A DNA stretch of 64,000 nucleotides from Octopus sinensis (GCF_006345805.1 NC_043001.1:23002001-23066000); one strand, 5' to 3'; shown: positions 39,606 to 53,748, counted from the first letter of the stretch. The notes: generated from the sequence alone by a model not told the origin. Numbers and translations: made by a program.

Positions 39606-40224
39606 CGCGTGTGTGTGTGTATGTGTGTATTATCTGATTTTTATTGATAAGGCAGTGATAAAATTCAGGATAAAATTCTTGCTTTAGGAAGGTACCAATA
39701 AGTTAGGAGGAGTTGCCTCCCTTGTTTCAAGTGCTCATATTCTGTTTGTTAACATGCATAATAATTAAATTTGATTACAATTTATACTCGTTGAGATTGT
39801 TTAAAAAATCAAGCATAATTATAAACTCTGGTCAAGAAAGGCAGGGAAGACAATATCAAAATTTAAATCAATTAAAAATAAAATGCTATGAGATAATGAG
39901 TCTGATTTTTGTGGGGCGTGAGTTTGGATAAGTTTGTATCCCGTGTGGGAAAAGATGATTATGGGGTCTCGCGAATGTCCTTCAACTCAGGAAAAAAAAA
40001 TGAATCCTTAAAACAGAAAAAATGTTTCTCTTTCACAAATGAAAGAACCCAAAACATTTTGATTCCTCTTCTTCAGCCACGTAAACTTTGAACTTCACTG
40101 AATAATTTTTCATGATAAAAACAATCCCCAGTTTTTCACATACAGATTACAGCTAGATAAGATGCATAAGATAGAATTTTAATGCATAGAAAACAATTCT
40201 ACAGATAAGATTTGAAAATTATTA

Positions 40225-40626
40225 TGTGGCTGTGTGGTAAGTAGCTTGCTAACCAACCACATGGTTCCGGGTTCAGTCCCACTGCGTGGCATCTTGGGCA
40301 AGTGTCTTCTGCTATAGCCCCGGGCCGACCAATGCCTTGTGAGTGGATTTGGTAGACGGAAACTGAAAGAAGCCCGTCGTATATATGTATATGTATATAT
40401 ATGTATATGTATGTGTGTGTGTGTCTGTGTTTGTTCCCCTAGCATTGCTTGACAACCGATGCTGGTGTGTTTACGTCCCCGTCACTTAGCGGTTCGACAA
40501 AAGCGACCGATAGAATAAGTACTGGGCTTACAAAGAATAAGTCCCGGGGTCGATTTGCTCGACTAAAGGCGGTGCTCCAGCATGGCCGCAGTCAAACGAC
40601 TGAAACAAGTAAAAGAGTAAAAGAGT
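40225..40626 (+). mobile_element. SINE family A, near full length
   Basis: Head with GGTTCAGTCCC B-box-like motif, full body and AAAAGAGT tail. Confidence 0.85.
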
Positions 40627-41464
40627 ATATATATATATATATATATTATGTATATATATTTAAATTCAAGGGAGATAATAAAAAGATATCACGATGTCAT
40701 CTGTGGTAAGGAATTAAAGCAAGAAAATTAAATTTTAAAATAATCTACAAACAGGAAAAGCAAATTAATTTTCACGTAAAAGTTCGAATGACATATTCAA
40801 AGAATATGACACACCTGACGATGTGTTATGATACAATTTTTGAATTGTTTAAATAATTCAAATTTGCTATAAAGTAGTTTTAATATTCTTTGGCAATCTG
40901 AAAGTTATTTTGCATTCACAAAATTATTTTTTCCCTTTTATACTTTGTAACATACACAATACAAAGAAAATTAGGCAGAATATTTATATAGAAAGACAAT
41001 AGATTTTCTTATTATCTAGAATATGTAGTTCATCATTACTTTTATCATTCAGCATTACAAGTCTCAACATTTACTCAAGAATGTTAAAAAAAAACAAAGG
41101 CAATTTAGCAACTATCACTCAGAGAGGTAGAATAAAATAGCAAAGTTACAATAATATACAACAAAAGACCTAAACAACTCAGCAAATTCGATAATAGAAA
41201 GGTAGTTATCATTATTTTCTTTCTTTCATCACAGTAACACTAAAGCTCCCAATTATGATTACATAGCTGAAACATCAAAGTGAGTGTTAACCTTTCCCTT
41301 TCAAAAATGAAGTATGTTTATCCTACTGAAAGCCATTGAGTGACATTTCTATTTAATGTTTGACTGTTTTTATACAGAACTAAACACACAAAACAAACAT
41401 TAATACATACATACATACATACATACATACATACATACATACATACATACATACATACATACAT

Positions 41465-41584
<120 letters not shown>

Positions 41585-41609
41585 ATATATATGTATATGT
41601 ATATGTTAA

Positions 41610-41654
41610 GTACAACACATGTTTTGACCCATTGTTCTGAGTCTCTTCGGGTAC
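41610..41654 (-). ncRNA. Degenerate minimal type I hammerhead
   Basis: GTAC-CCGAAGA-GACTCA GAACAA TGGGTC-AAAAC-ATGT-GTT-GTAC; all three stems remain; core changes U4C and G12A, and probably C17U. Confidence 0.55.
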
Positions 41655-41698
41655 ACCTATAAAAAAGTCCATTATTATATGTATGTGTGTGTGGATAT

Positions 41699-41741
<43 letters not shown>

Positions 41742-42024
41742 GTAACAAATTGAGGAAAAGAAATCCTTCAAAGGGGTGTGTTAAACATCCATTTCAATGG
41801 TACGTCAGTTGAAAACCATATAAATATGGATCTAATGCAATTAGAAAGATAAATTTAATAGAGAGATACTATTGACAATCCAATAATTTATTTATATTAT
41901 AATATTACATGATATATTAAGAATATAATATAACATAATATTATATAACATAAACAATTATTAAAGAAACCATAAAAGGCTAACAAATTGTTTCGATACA
42001 TATATATATATATATATATATATA

Positions 42025-42381
42025 GGAGATGTACTCGCATAGCAAGGGATTTGATCTGAGATCGTGTGCTGGAACGAAAACAATTGCAGCGTGGAAGGTG
42101 TTTGTAAGCCATTTAAGAAACACACAAAAGCCGTTCGATTCACTTCAACATTTAAGTTTAATTTGTCAAAATATTTTCGTCGCTAAAATCCGTGACCTGT
42201 TCACTGACAAAAATCCGTGCTGCATCTCAGAGATGCAGCACGGATTTTTGTCAGTGAACAGGTCACGGATTTTAGCGACGAAAATATTTTGACAAATTAA
42301 ACTTAAATGTTGAAGTGAATCGAACGGCTTTTGCGTGTTTCTTAAATGGCTTACTGGCTTAAAAACACCTTCCACGCTGCA

Positions 42382-42385
<4 letters not shown>
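42025..42385. repeat. Inverted pair of a ~200-bp MITE-like unit forming a 305-bp palindrome
   Basis: Arms 42081-42228 and 42230-42385, one-nucleotide centre at 42229, embedded in (TA)n. Confidence 0.9.
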
Positions 42386-42428
<43 letters not shown>

Positions 42429-42431
42429 TAG

Positions 42432-43134
42432 TATACTAATAGCTAAACCTGGTTTCACATAGTCAGTTTGGATGATGTGGTTGTAAAACCTACTCTGTGT
42501 AAGCATTCAACTTTCTTGGGCATGATTACATTAAAAAAACAATTTTAGAATGACTTTTTTCTGTCAAAACGCTGAAAATAACTGACCACCAAAAAAAAAA
42601 AAAATAGCAATCAAGATTCAACCAAATCAAAAAATAAACGCAAATACTAAGCGAACAAAGATACAAAACAACAGAAACAAACATGAAAAATAAAACAAAA
42701 ATTAAAAGAAATAAAAAATTGGTAAAAAATCTTTTAAATTTTCAAAGGTCAAAAAACAATTAAAAGAATAATGACTGGAAAACATTGAATACTTCAACCT
42801 CAGTGCGAAATATTACACAAAATTTAAAAACCAAAAGAAAAAACACCCATCTGAAACTGAAAAGCAAATAACTGAAACACTACAAAGAAAGACTTCACAA
42901 AAAATCCCACTTCCATTGTGCGCACATATGCACACACACACACATTCACATACTCCCCCCTTTTACATACACAGACATATATTCACACAGAGTTAAAATG
43001 CTGCTTGATTTATTTTTTTCAGCATACTATTTTCATCATCTCACTACCAAGTATGACATCACCCCTTCCTTCCTTATTCATCTACCTCCCCTTCCTTTCT
43101 CATTCATAAACACAAGAGTATTATTATAGTAGAT
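42432..43134 (+). mobile_element. Possible Helitron/Helentron-associated non-autonomous element
   Basis: Starts TATACTAATAGCTAAACCTGG, has an A-rich interior and ends TTATAGTAGAT; resemblance to DINE-1/HINE-type termini only. Confidence 0.35.
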
Positions 43135-44933
43135 TATCTTGGTAACCATAAGTACTATGGAAAAATATAAAGCCCAACAACACCACAGGATCATTCTACA
43201 CATCTGTATAATTTTTCGAGCAATTTCACCCAGCCATTTGACCGTGAATCCCAGGACAAGAAAGAATCGTCTATATCAAATTTATATGTATAGATATATA
43301 CATATATATATTTTTTGATATACATACATAATAACAGTTCCCTTATATATAAAGTCACTTCAGTGTTGTGGTTTAAAGATAGAAGAAATTCTGTGTGAAA
43401 AGACAGGTATATGTACATATAGACATATATACATACATATATAGTTATTTTGCATGCTTTCAATGAATATGACATCGAAATCATGTGTAAACAGCTCCTT
43501 TCCTCAGAAAAGGAAAGATTTGGCTGCTATTTCTTGCATGCCCTGCTACCATGTAACAGGTATTTCAGGTCCTTTATTGCAAATAGCTGTTACGTGGTAG
43601 CAGGGCGTGCTAGAAATAGCAGCCAAATCTTTGGTGGTAAGATACGTTGAAAGCACTTGATAAAACCTATGGAAAATAATCATTTCACACTGAGGTTATA
43701 GACAGGTCTTTTACGAAATATTTACCATACTTTTAAATTCATTTTCACTTTAGAATATCTTTTAAGTATACCAAAAAAAATTTTTATAATGGTATGCACT
43801 TGAAAAAAATTTTTAAAAACATCAAAATATTGTCTGTTTAAAGAAAGCCAAAATATAAATACTTACTGTACAAACAATTTACATTTTTGAAATAACATTC
43901 ACTTAAAAATATTTGTAAATGTTTAAAATATTGTTTTTAATAGAAACATTTTCTGTAAAAACAACTCTTATTTTTTTGTTGTCAAGTCACTGTGTCTAAT
44001 CGAAAGGTTAGAATTTCTTCCCTTTCAAGATGAAGCTATATTCGGAATATTTCCCCATTATGCACCGTTTTGGGTATTTATACCTCAAACCTCAAATATC
44101 TCAATAACTACTGGTCTGACTTATGCAAAACTTGTTTTATTCCATTCCTATTAACATTTCAGGGGAAACTTAATTCATAGTTTCATTCAAAATAAGAATT
44201 ATTCTTGAGAAATTCACAGTATTCTCAAACAATTTAAAAAGGATCTATTTTTTTACTAAGTTGTATGCCTTTCATATTTCAATCAATGATGTCCTCATCT
44301 ACAAGTCAAACATTAAAAGTAGGATTAATAAAATTTCTTACCGTTTATCTCTCATCTGGCATGACATTGGAAGCTAAAACTGGAAAACAGTTTTCGATAA
44401 ATTTCAGCACATTGCAAGGGCAGCAAAAAAGGCAAAGAAAGAAAATGAAAGAAAGAAAGAAAAAGTATGAAACATGCATAAGGCATTTATTGGCTGGTGA
44501 ACTTATGCCATCACCTGGTTTAACACCCCCACCTGGTCCTTGGATGCCTTTAACAGAATCATTTCTATTGCAAGCTTTGAGACCAGATCTCTAATCTGAG
44601 GATAATATCCTCACTTCCTCCCACCAATCTTAGAGGCCCTGAAAAAGGTCATGGGCACTGCTCTTTGTCTTTTGATTAAGCCATTTAAAAAAGGAGATAT
44701 CTTACATATTTACAGAATAAAACACATTAACATAGAGCAAAAGATTGATTTCTGCGATATTAAAGGAAAAACTAAAAGTGCCAAAATCCCATCACAAAGA
44801 GTCATTCATAAAATATATATTTTTTTAAAATTATAAATTCCATATTTTCCTGGAAAGTAGTACAACAAATGGAATTTGGTTTGGAATTCTATGAATCTTT
44901 TGAATTGTCTCAATGTTTTCAGTAAACTTGTAT

Positions 44934-45186
44934 CTACTGGGGAACTCTGATGACAACAGAATTGGCAGCTGTATTTGTGTAATGATGGGTTGGAGAATCA
45001 ATATGGTCATTAGAAACACCTTCTGTTGCTTCCAGAATGTCTTCTTCGGGTTGGTCAGCAGTAAATAATAGTTTTTCTTTCATAGTTCTTGAATTAGAAT
45101 GATATTGGTCCGTAAGGGTAATCATTGACTGTTGAGAATGTAATGAAATTGGCTCTGGATTGAAGCGTGTTCTCAATAATCGGATC
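44934..45186 (-). CDS. GDPD5: GDPD5/GDE2-family glycerophosphodiester phosphodiesterase, last coding exon
   Basis: Acceptor TTTGCAG|G; (W)IRLLRTRFNPEPISL...TMKEKLLF...RVPQ*, resembling the human GDPD5 tail YNPEQIML...IMKEKLIF (recalled). Confidence 0.85.
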
Positions 45187-45492
45187 CTGCAAATATTGAA
45201 GTTTTTAAGTAAGTGACCAATAAAAGGAAAAAAATCACTCGATAAACATTGCAATAATTTTCCATTACATGTGAAACTTTACATGCAAAAAGACCAGGCA
45301 ACACAAACTTAACAGATACAAACTGTAAGTAAAATAGTAAAAATATACAAGACTTCCTTAAAGTTCAATATGTAACAATTATCATTGTTGTTATCCAACT
45401 CTAAGCAGGGAGTTTTTGTTTTTTTTGCTACAAACCAGCTCCTTCATTCTAGAAAGAATATTAATGAATAAAAAGGAAAAGTAACATAAATC

Positions 45493-45675
45493 ATCATCAT
45501 CATCATTGTTTAATGTTCGTTTTCCATGCTGGCATGGGTTGAACGATTTGAGTGAGGTCTGGAGAGCCAGTGGCTGCACCAGGCTCCAATCTGATCTGGC
45601 AATGTTTCTACAGCTGGATGCCCTTCCTAATACCAACCACTCTCAAAGTGTAGTGGGTGCTTTTTACGTGCCAAC
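45493..45675 (+). mobile_element. Dispersed repeat (CATCATC-TTTAA..CATGCTGGCATGGGTTG...CTGGATGCCCTTCCTAA family)
   Basis: Related copies near 47660-47760, 52960-53215, 57870-57990 and 63170-63500; class uncertain. Confidence 0.65.
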
Positions 45676-46082
45676 CAGGGGGTGCTGAAAAGGTCCAGGC
45701 TTTGGGTAAAAGAAAATACAGGAGGATAAGTTAATTATGATTTTATTTATCATATTCCTCTCTCAGATTCATACACTTATTGCAGTGTTCTTCCAGTTTT
45801 TCTAAGCCCTGTAAAAGGAATTTGGAATTTGGGCCTCCATCCAGGCCTTTTGCAATACCCTTAAAGCCAGGGACTTTTTAGCATCCACTTGTATATACAT
45901 ACACACACACATCTTGATAATACTAAAACACTAAGGATGTTTGTGTGTAAGTGAAATCACTCAGAAATAGTATATTTTTATCTTAATTTTTTTACATATT
46001 TATTTTCATACTTACCTTTGGCAGAGCAGTACAAATTTTTGTGACATTTGGACCTCTATTTAAATGATTAAACACAATTTTT

Positions 46083-46660
46083 GACTTGACTTGACTTGAC
46101 TTGACAGTATTCACCTGGGGTGGGTTGACCAGGCCTGGCAATTTGAGGCTAATGACCGCGTGATCTCCAACCACTCCTTATTCCAGCAGCAAACACCGTA
46201 GATATGGAGGCCTAGGTTGGGTTCCAGATAAGCCTTGACTGTCATCAGCCAGGCTTTTCGTTGTCCACCACATTGCTTTCGCCAACCCTGAAGGGGAGCT
46301 GGGGCAATTGCTTCGTAGATGAATTCTCCTGGTTGACGATGGAGGGCATGACCCAGCCAACGAAGACGTCTCATTAGGATGACTTGTCGGAGGGGTGGGG
46401 GGGGGGATTCTGCACTGGTGTCGCACCGAATTGTTGGAGACGAAGTGATGCCATCGGACACGAAGGATGCGGTGTAGACAGAGGTGATTGAAGGATTCTA
46501 GTCACTTAATATCTTCCAGACAAAGCAATGGTGATATTCTTGAAGAGGTTGAGAGTTTCAAATACCTTGGCACCATCATTAAAGCTACAGGTCAAGGTGA
46601 GGCTGACATTAAAACATAAATCAACCTCGCTCACCAAGCCTTCAACCGACTCAGTGCACG
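46083..46660 (-). mobile_element. RTE-type LINE insertion with an inverted 5' segment
   Basis: Minus-strand 3' part (RRLRWLGH...) with (TCAAG)n tail; plus-strand segment VESFKYLG...AFNRL at about 46515-46660; candidate 13-bp TSD. Confidence 0.75.
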
Positions 46661-47181
46661 AAGCATAATTTTTGTTATTTCTTGTAAAAATACATGGCTT
46701 CTGTAATGTCAGCACACATACACACATATAATGTCATGGTGTGTCAATCAACACAAACATACATCTACTATCTGTCTTCACGCTCTCTAAGAAAAAAAAA
46801 TGTCGACTTTTTGACATACACAATATTTTCATCATTTAGAAATAATTTTAACAATGTTATTTCATTATCCGGAGTGTGTTAATTTCCATAAAAAACTTTT
46901 ATTTATTTACTTTTGTTTTAAAATGAAAGACAGGAGAAAGTGAAAGATGTATGCGCGTGTATATGAAATGGAAGTGTGTGTGAAAGAAAGAGAGAGAGAG
47001 AGAGGAAGAGAGAAAAGAAGAAAGAGAGAGCGCGAGTGAGGGGTGTGTTGTCATATGTATGAACATACATCAATACATATGCATACATCTTTTTTGTATG
47101 TGCATGTGTGTGTGTGAGAGAGAGAGGGAGAGAGAGTCTGAGTGAGTGAATGTGTGTGTTCTCATGTATGTGTGACACTCA

Positions 47182-47256
<75 letters not shown>

Positions 47257-47527
47257 TCAATTTCACATACACATTCATACATCTTTCACTTTCTCCTCTC
47301 TGTCACTTTAAAACAAAAGTAGCAGGTGATTTTCAGGATAAAAATTGTTAAGAAAAAGCTTCTACCCATGTAAATTAATTACTATTGCTTGGATAGCTCC
47401 AATTGAATAAGGCCAGAAGTTAGGTTAAATATACGTACATGCATAAGTACCGTGAATTCCCATTCTACAAAATGGCAAACAATTCCATGAATACTTTACT
47501 GGGCAACACCAGGTAGTAAGTCAGGTG

Positions 47528-47580
<53 letters not shown>

Positions 47581-47997
47581 CTGTTTGTATGTATGTATGT
47601 ATACACACACATACACATTCATACATACATACCTCCAACTGTAGAAACCTAGCTAAATTAGACTGATACCTGGTGCAGATCTCCCATTTGCCAGCTCTGG
47701 TCTAACCGTCCAACTCATGCCAGCATGGAAAACAGCCGTTAAAGGATGATGATGATGATGGTACACACACATATATGCACACACACATACATGCAAATAT
47801 ATATACACACATACATATGTATATACACACATATACACACAAGACAGGTTTAATAATGTGAGGTGAAAATAAAATTTACCAGTGAAACTACATACATGAT
47901 AAATGGGCCCAAATTTAGGTATTTAGATAATCAGGAACATTGATATTTCAAAGACACTTCAACTGGTCACACCAAAGTATTTAATACGCTGACTTAC

Positions 47998-48080
47998 CAT
48001 TGTACTATAAGTATGGTGATGATGATGATAGCAGATATTATATCAACTAAAACCCATGTCATAAGATATGTTCCTGGAGT
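47998..48080 (-). CDS. GDPD5: GDPD5-family exon (TPGTYLMTWVLVDIISAIIIITILIVQ-W), C-terminal transmembrane helix
   Basis: CCAG|ACT acceptor, TG|GTAAGT donor, 83 nt, phases 0 and 2 fit both neighbours. Confidence 0.9.
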
Positions 48081-48784
48081 CTGGAAGATAACATAAAAGA
48101 AAATTAAATATTTGGACTGTTATTATTATTAGTATTACTAATGCAATGAGCAAGCAAATATGATAGCATGTCAAACAAAATGTCTAGCAGCGCTCTAAGT
48201 TCCAAGTTCAAATTCTAATGAGGTTACCTTTGCTTTTCAACCTTTTTGGGGGTCAATAAAATAAATGCCAGTGAAGCACAGGTTGATGTAATCAACTAGC
48301 CCTTACCCCTAAAATTGCTGGCTTTATGCTACAACATGAAAGGATTATTTTATTATTATTATCATTATTATTGATATTATTATTATAGACGTCGCACAGT
48401 ATACAACAAGGACCTCAGACAGACAGTACTTTACGCAATATACTTGCAGTTCCAAGTAATGCTGACTTTTGCAATACACCTAAATTGTAGGGCATTTCTA
48501 AAGTTTGAAGGTGTTTTTCAGATTAAGGAGCTGAGCTGGTAGAATCGTTAGCATGCCAGGCGATATACTTAACAGTATTTCGTTTGTTGCTATGTTCCAA
48601 GTTCAAATTCCACCAGGGTCGATTTTGCCTTTCATCTTTTCAGGGTAATTAATTTACATGGGTAGAAGCTTTTCAGGGTCGATTAAATAAGTACCAGTTA
48701 TGCACTGGGGTCCATGTAACCCACCTTAGTACCTTCCTCCATATTTGAGGCCTTATGCTTCCAATAAAAAGGATTATTATTACT

Positions 48785-50530
48785 ATATGTTTGACTTTTG
48801 CTTTGTATTTGAGCAAGTTGACTCCAAGTCTCACCCAGAGACCTCAAGAGACAACAAATTAGAAGTTCATGTTGGTGTTATGACCAGTATTTAGCCCATA
48901 GTATTGTTCTAGGGAATAATTAAGAAAACATAAGAAAATTATAAGTTTGTTTTAAAATTTGAGATTACATAGTATTTTACATAGAATATGGGCAGTTGCC
49001 ATGAGTACTATCTTTTTGAATTTATGCCATTTGGAGTTTCCTGGTATCTGAGCTAAGTAGGAATCAGCCCCTTTTGCTATCATTCCTAGGGAACCTATGA
49101 CAACAGGTATTGTTTTAGTCTTGAGGCACCATATTTTGCCAATTTCTATTTCGAGATCTTTATACTTGCTCAGTTTTTGGTAGGACTTGACAGATACATT
49201 TATGTTGATTGGGACAGTTATATCAATGAGGAGGCATGATTTTTGTCTGAAGTCCTTCAAAATAATGTCTGGACTATTCGCATCTATCATTCTGTCAGTT
49301 TGAACAGTAAAGTTCCAGAGGAGTGAGATGTGATCATTTTCAAGCACTGGAGGTGGCTTGTGCTCCCACCACTTTTTATCATGGGGCAGGTCCAGGTTTT
49401 TTCAAATTCCCCAGTGAATATACTGTACTACTCTATCATGCCTGTTGAGATACTTTGTAGGTACAGGAAGACTGCACATGGAGACAACATGATCAATGGT
49501 TTCATTCTGTTGTTTATATACATGACATGTTGGGCTACTGCCGTTCTTTAATACATTGGCCTGGTAGCTCCTTGTAGTAGGCATTGATCTTTGACTGCTA
49601 TGATAAACCCTTCTGTTTCTGTTTTTAAGCCAGAAGACACTAACCATTATTGGATAAGGGCTTTGTCAACATCGGCATTATTAGCTCTCTTTGGGTATTT
49701 GCCACTGAGAGGATTTTCTTACCATTTACCAGTAAGAATATCTAAGGCAGCAGTTTTAGCATGGGTTTTCATATGCTTAGCTTTATCTGTGCTTGTTTCC
49801 AGTACATCTAATTCTGGGATTTGTTGTATTTGGAATTCACCTAGATATTCCTTTGCCTGTTCTGTTATGATGCTTTCTTGTTTTCGTGCTTTAAGACAAG
49901 TTTTAACATCCAATCATCAGAGTTTTTCAGGTAGGTGTTTAGGCTAATTGTGGCAATCTCCATTGTTAATTTCAGTCGTAAAAGTCCACAGCCTCCCTCT
50001 TTTCTTGGCAGATAAAGTCGTTCTATATTCTATGCATTGTCAACAATTTTAGTATTTTTCTGTCAAGATTACATATTTCAGTAATTAACCAATTAATGAA
50101 ATTGAAACTGTAAGTCACAACAGGTATGGCTAATGTATTGATTGCTTCAATTCTGATTCTTGTATTCAGCTCTGACTCAAGTATTGCCCTTACTCTGCAA
50201 TAATATTCTCTTCCGACTATTTCCTCATCAGTGAATTTTTGACTCCATCACCTTCAAATACCCTTAGGTATTTGTAGCTCTCCACTGGTTCTAACTCCTT
50301 ATGACAGTCTGCTGGTCAAGAATAACATTGGATGTTTCTGTCATTTTTTCTTTGATAAAGGTAGCTTTTGCTCATTTACCAAAGCCAAATTGCATCCTGA
50401 TGTCATCACTGAATTGTTTAACAATTGCTAGTAAGCCCTTTAGTTGTTGGTCATTTTTTGCAAAGAGCTCTAAATCATCCATGTAAAGGAGATGATTTAT
50501 ATTTTTATCAAACATTTTATAGCCATATCA
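48785..50530 (-). mobile_element. R4/Dong-type LINE, 5'-truncated (RT YMDD to RLE), in a GDPD intron
   Basis: HLLYMDDL; LWNFTVQTDRMIDANSPDIILKD...LIDITVP...KLSKYKDLEIEI...IPVVIGSLG; several stops. Confidence 0.9.
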
Positions 50531-50660
50531 TACATCATCAAGCAATTTTAAGAGAGGTATTAAGGCTAGACAAAGGAGGAATGGTGACAGAGAGTCACCC
50601 TGGAAAATGCCACATGAAAGTCTTACATTATCATTATTATCATTATAATTATCATTATTA

Positions 50661-50727
<67 letters not shown>

Positions 50728-51168
50728 CATTATTATTATTATTATTATTGCCATTGCACAGAATCTAATGCTGGAGAGGTACTACAGTTTCAGCTGTTCA
50801 CTACTAGTGAACTAAAGTAACACCTCTTATTTTTCGAGAACCTCCCAGAGTATTTGAGCAGTTCCAAGCAGTGCTGTTTTCTGCAAGTGCTCCACCGTTA
50901 TTGCAGCCCCAATTTGTTCCACATACTTAATTGCTTGACCGAGTAATGCATTGTGATCTTGAGCAAAACACTTCATCTCATATAGCTCTGTGATCACTTC
51001 GACACACCATGCACCTTTTCAGGCAATGTCAGTTTGATGGAAGGAGGGAATTAATGCACAATACATACATTTGGTCACTATAAACAAATCAGTTGTGTAG
51101 GTCATTCAGCAAAAGCTGAGCATTCATATATTATGGGAGAGACCATCATCATCACCATTATTATTATT

Positions 51169-51257
<89 letters not shown>

Positions 51258-51504
51258 TTTATTATTATTATTATTATTATTATTATCAGTTGTTGATATT
51301 ATCAGTTATTATCATGCAGTAGTGGCATGATCATCAACATCATGAAATATGCTTATTTTTCTTCATTGAAAGAAAATTAAATTACTGAAAATTTTAATGC
51401 ATATTAGAATGAGAAACAGATTCCTAAGAGATTTCAAACTAAATGCAAAACATAAAGTTAGACACAAAATTTCAGAAACTTAAAAGGAATTGGTTTAAAC
51501 TTAC

Positions 51505-51652
51505 CAAATGCCATAATGGTTTTTCAATTTTATTGAGGATGTGACATCTATCTGTTGCTACAGATTGTACACCCAGACACCAATACAGGGAATACAGCCA
51601 GTGTGCATTAACTATGTAGACATTAATAGTGATGTTGGATTCAAGATATTCT
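51505..51652 (-). CDS. GDPD5: GDPD5-family exon (EYLESNITINVYIVNAHWLYSLYWCLGVQSVATDRCHILNKIEKPLWHL)
   Basis: 148 nt, TTTTCAG acceptor, GTAAGT donor; matches the N.Y.VN..WL.SL.WC.GV.SV.TD motif of the family. Confidence 0.93.
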
Positions 51653-51810
51653 CTGAAAACAATAAAAATGAACGTAAATAGTCACCAGTTAGAGAAGTCT
51701 AAACATGATTTAACTCTATAGATTTATGCCATAGTATATAACACATTAGTGGGTCCTACAATCAACATTAACTGGCTAACAAAGGTAAATGGCCAAACTT
51801 AACTCTTCCA

Positions 51811-52215
51811 GGTGTAGGCATGGTAAGAAGTTTGCTTCCCTACCACATGGTTCCAGGTTCAGTCCCACTGTGTAGCACCTTGGATGCTTGGACAAGTGTC
51901 TTCTACTGTAGCCTTGCACTGACCAAAGCTTTGTGAATGGATTTTCTAAACAGAATCTGAAAGAAGCTTGTCATATATATAAGTGTGTGTGTGTGTCTGT
52001 CTGTCAGTCTTTGTACCTTACCGACACTTGACAACTGGTATCGGTGTGTTTATGTTCATGTGACTTAGTTGTTTGACAAAGGGTCTAATGGGAAAAGTTC
52101 CAGGTTTAAAAAAAAAAACTAAGGACTGGGGTTGATTTGCTTGACTAAAATTCTTCAAGGTGGTGCCCCAGCATGACCACAGTCTAATGACTGAAACAAA
52201 TAAAAGATAAAAGAT
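51811..52215 (+). mobile_element. SINE family A, diverged
   Basis: Same head, body and tail as the other copies. Confidence 0.75.
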
Positions 52216-53599
52216 GAATCCCTGAATTGAGAGAACTGGCATTAACCCCTTTGGCAACAACTCACCAGAGACTATCTCCAGTTCTATCATACATACTCCA
52301 TGTTTAACTCATTAGCATTCAGATTCAAATGTATTCAGATTTCAAATGTAATGCTCATTTATTCAGATTGTTTTCAGTTAGTTATGCATTATCTCATACC
52401 TTTGAAATTTTGATGATGTGATTGTTTATTTTTTGAATGGCATTACAGGGTAGATGTGAGAGACTAGTTTTGGCCAGTTTGAACATAAAACAAGTAGAAT
52501 ATTTCTGTCAAATATGGTTGGTTGAAATGTTAAAGAGTTAATGTGATCTAAATCTATACATTCCTTCAAACTGTTCCGTTAATTTATGTTCCAAACACCA
52601 GCTTAATAATGATAAAATTATTTTACTAAATTCTTCATTATTTCAAAATTAATTGAAAAAATGGCAGTGTATTTTGACAGAAATACGGTAACAATTGAGT
52701 TAACCATTCCGTTGGTGTATCAGTTTAGATGATTAAATATCTTTACTAGAAATCTGTAGATAGGATAGACCCAAAAAGATGTGGGACGAAGTGGCAAGAA
52801 AGGATCTTCAGATGCTGGGCCTCAATGAGGAGATGACAAAGGACCAAGACTTGTGGTGAGTTGTTGTACCTCAGAAAACACATCAAGCTACATAAAATCT
52901 CAGCCATCTATACATATAGGGATGTCCTTTATAGCCATGTCCACACTCCCTCTCTCAGCTAAAAGGTGCTTGACTTGCAGGTGCCAGTACCATGTAAAAT
53001 GCACTCATGCAGCTGCCACATAAAATGTGCTCATGCTGGTTCCATGTAGGAAGCACCCAGCACACTCTGTAAAGTGGTTGGTGTTAGGAAGGGCATCCAG
53101 CCATAGATACCATTCCAAAACAGACAATTGGAGCCTGGACAACTCCCCGACTGGCCAGCTCCTGTCAAGCCATCCAACCCATGCCAGCATAGAAAACAGA
53201 TGTTAAACGATGATGATAATTACTATAAACTACTGACAACCAGTAACATATCAAGCTATCAATAACATGTCGAGCTTATTCACTTGGTCAGCTGTGATTC
53301 TCAACAGTGTAAATAACAGGTAAATACCAGAATCAAATTGGTAAAGAATTCAAAGTATGTACAATGTAGACATTAACTGCAGCAGCATTTTTAATGTTTG
53401 TTTGAATGTTCAGGGTAAATTAACTTAAATTGTAAATTCAAAGAGTATGAACAAGAAAATGAAATTTGAGAAGACAAAAAAAACAAGAAAAAAAAACAAA
53501 ACAAGAATAACTGAGTAATGAAGCATGGGATAAATATGTCTAGAGAAAAAGAATAATGATAAATTGACAAAGCTATGAAATAATAACATTAAAACTTAC

Positions 53600-53748
53600 A
53601 GGATTTCAACTTCACTAAGTGTATCATACCTAGCATTGAAATTAGAGATATGCAATTTTATGAGATCTTCAACTGGTAGATAACTTGTCCCGGTTTGTGT
53701 AAAATTGGTGGTATTTATTGAATGATAGATTTTGGGGAACCACCAAAT
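53600..53748 (-). CDS. GDPD5: GDPD5-family exon (IWWFPKIYHS...NARYDTLSEVEI-L)
   Basis: 149 nt, TTTTTATAG acceptor, GTAAGT donor, phases 0 and 2 fit both neighbours. Confidence 0.88.
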
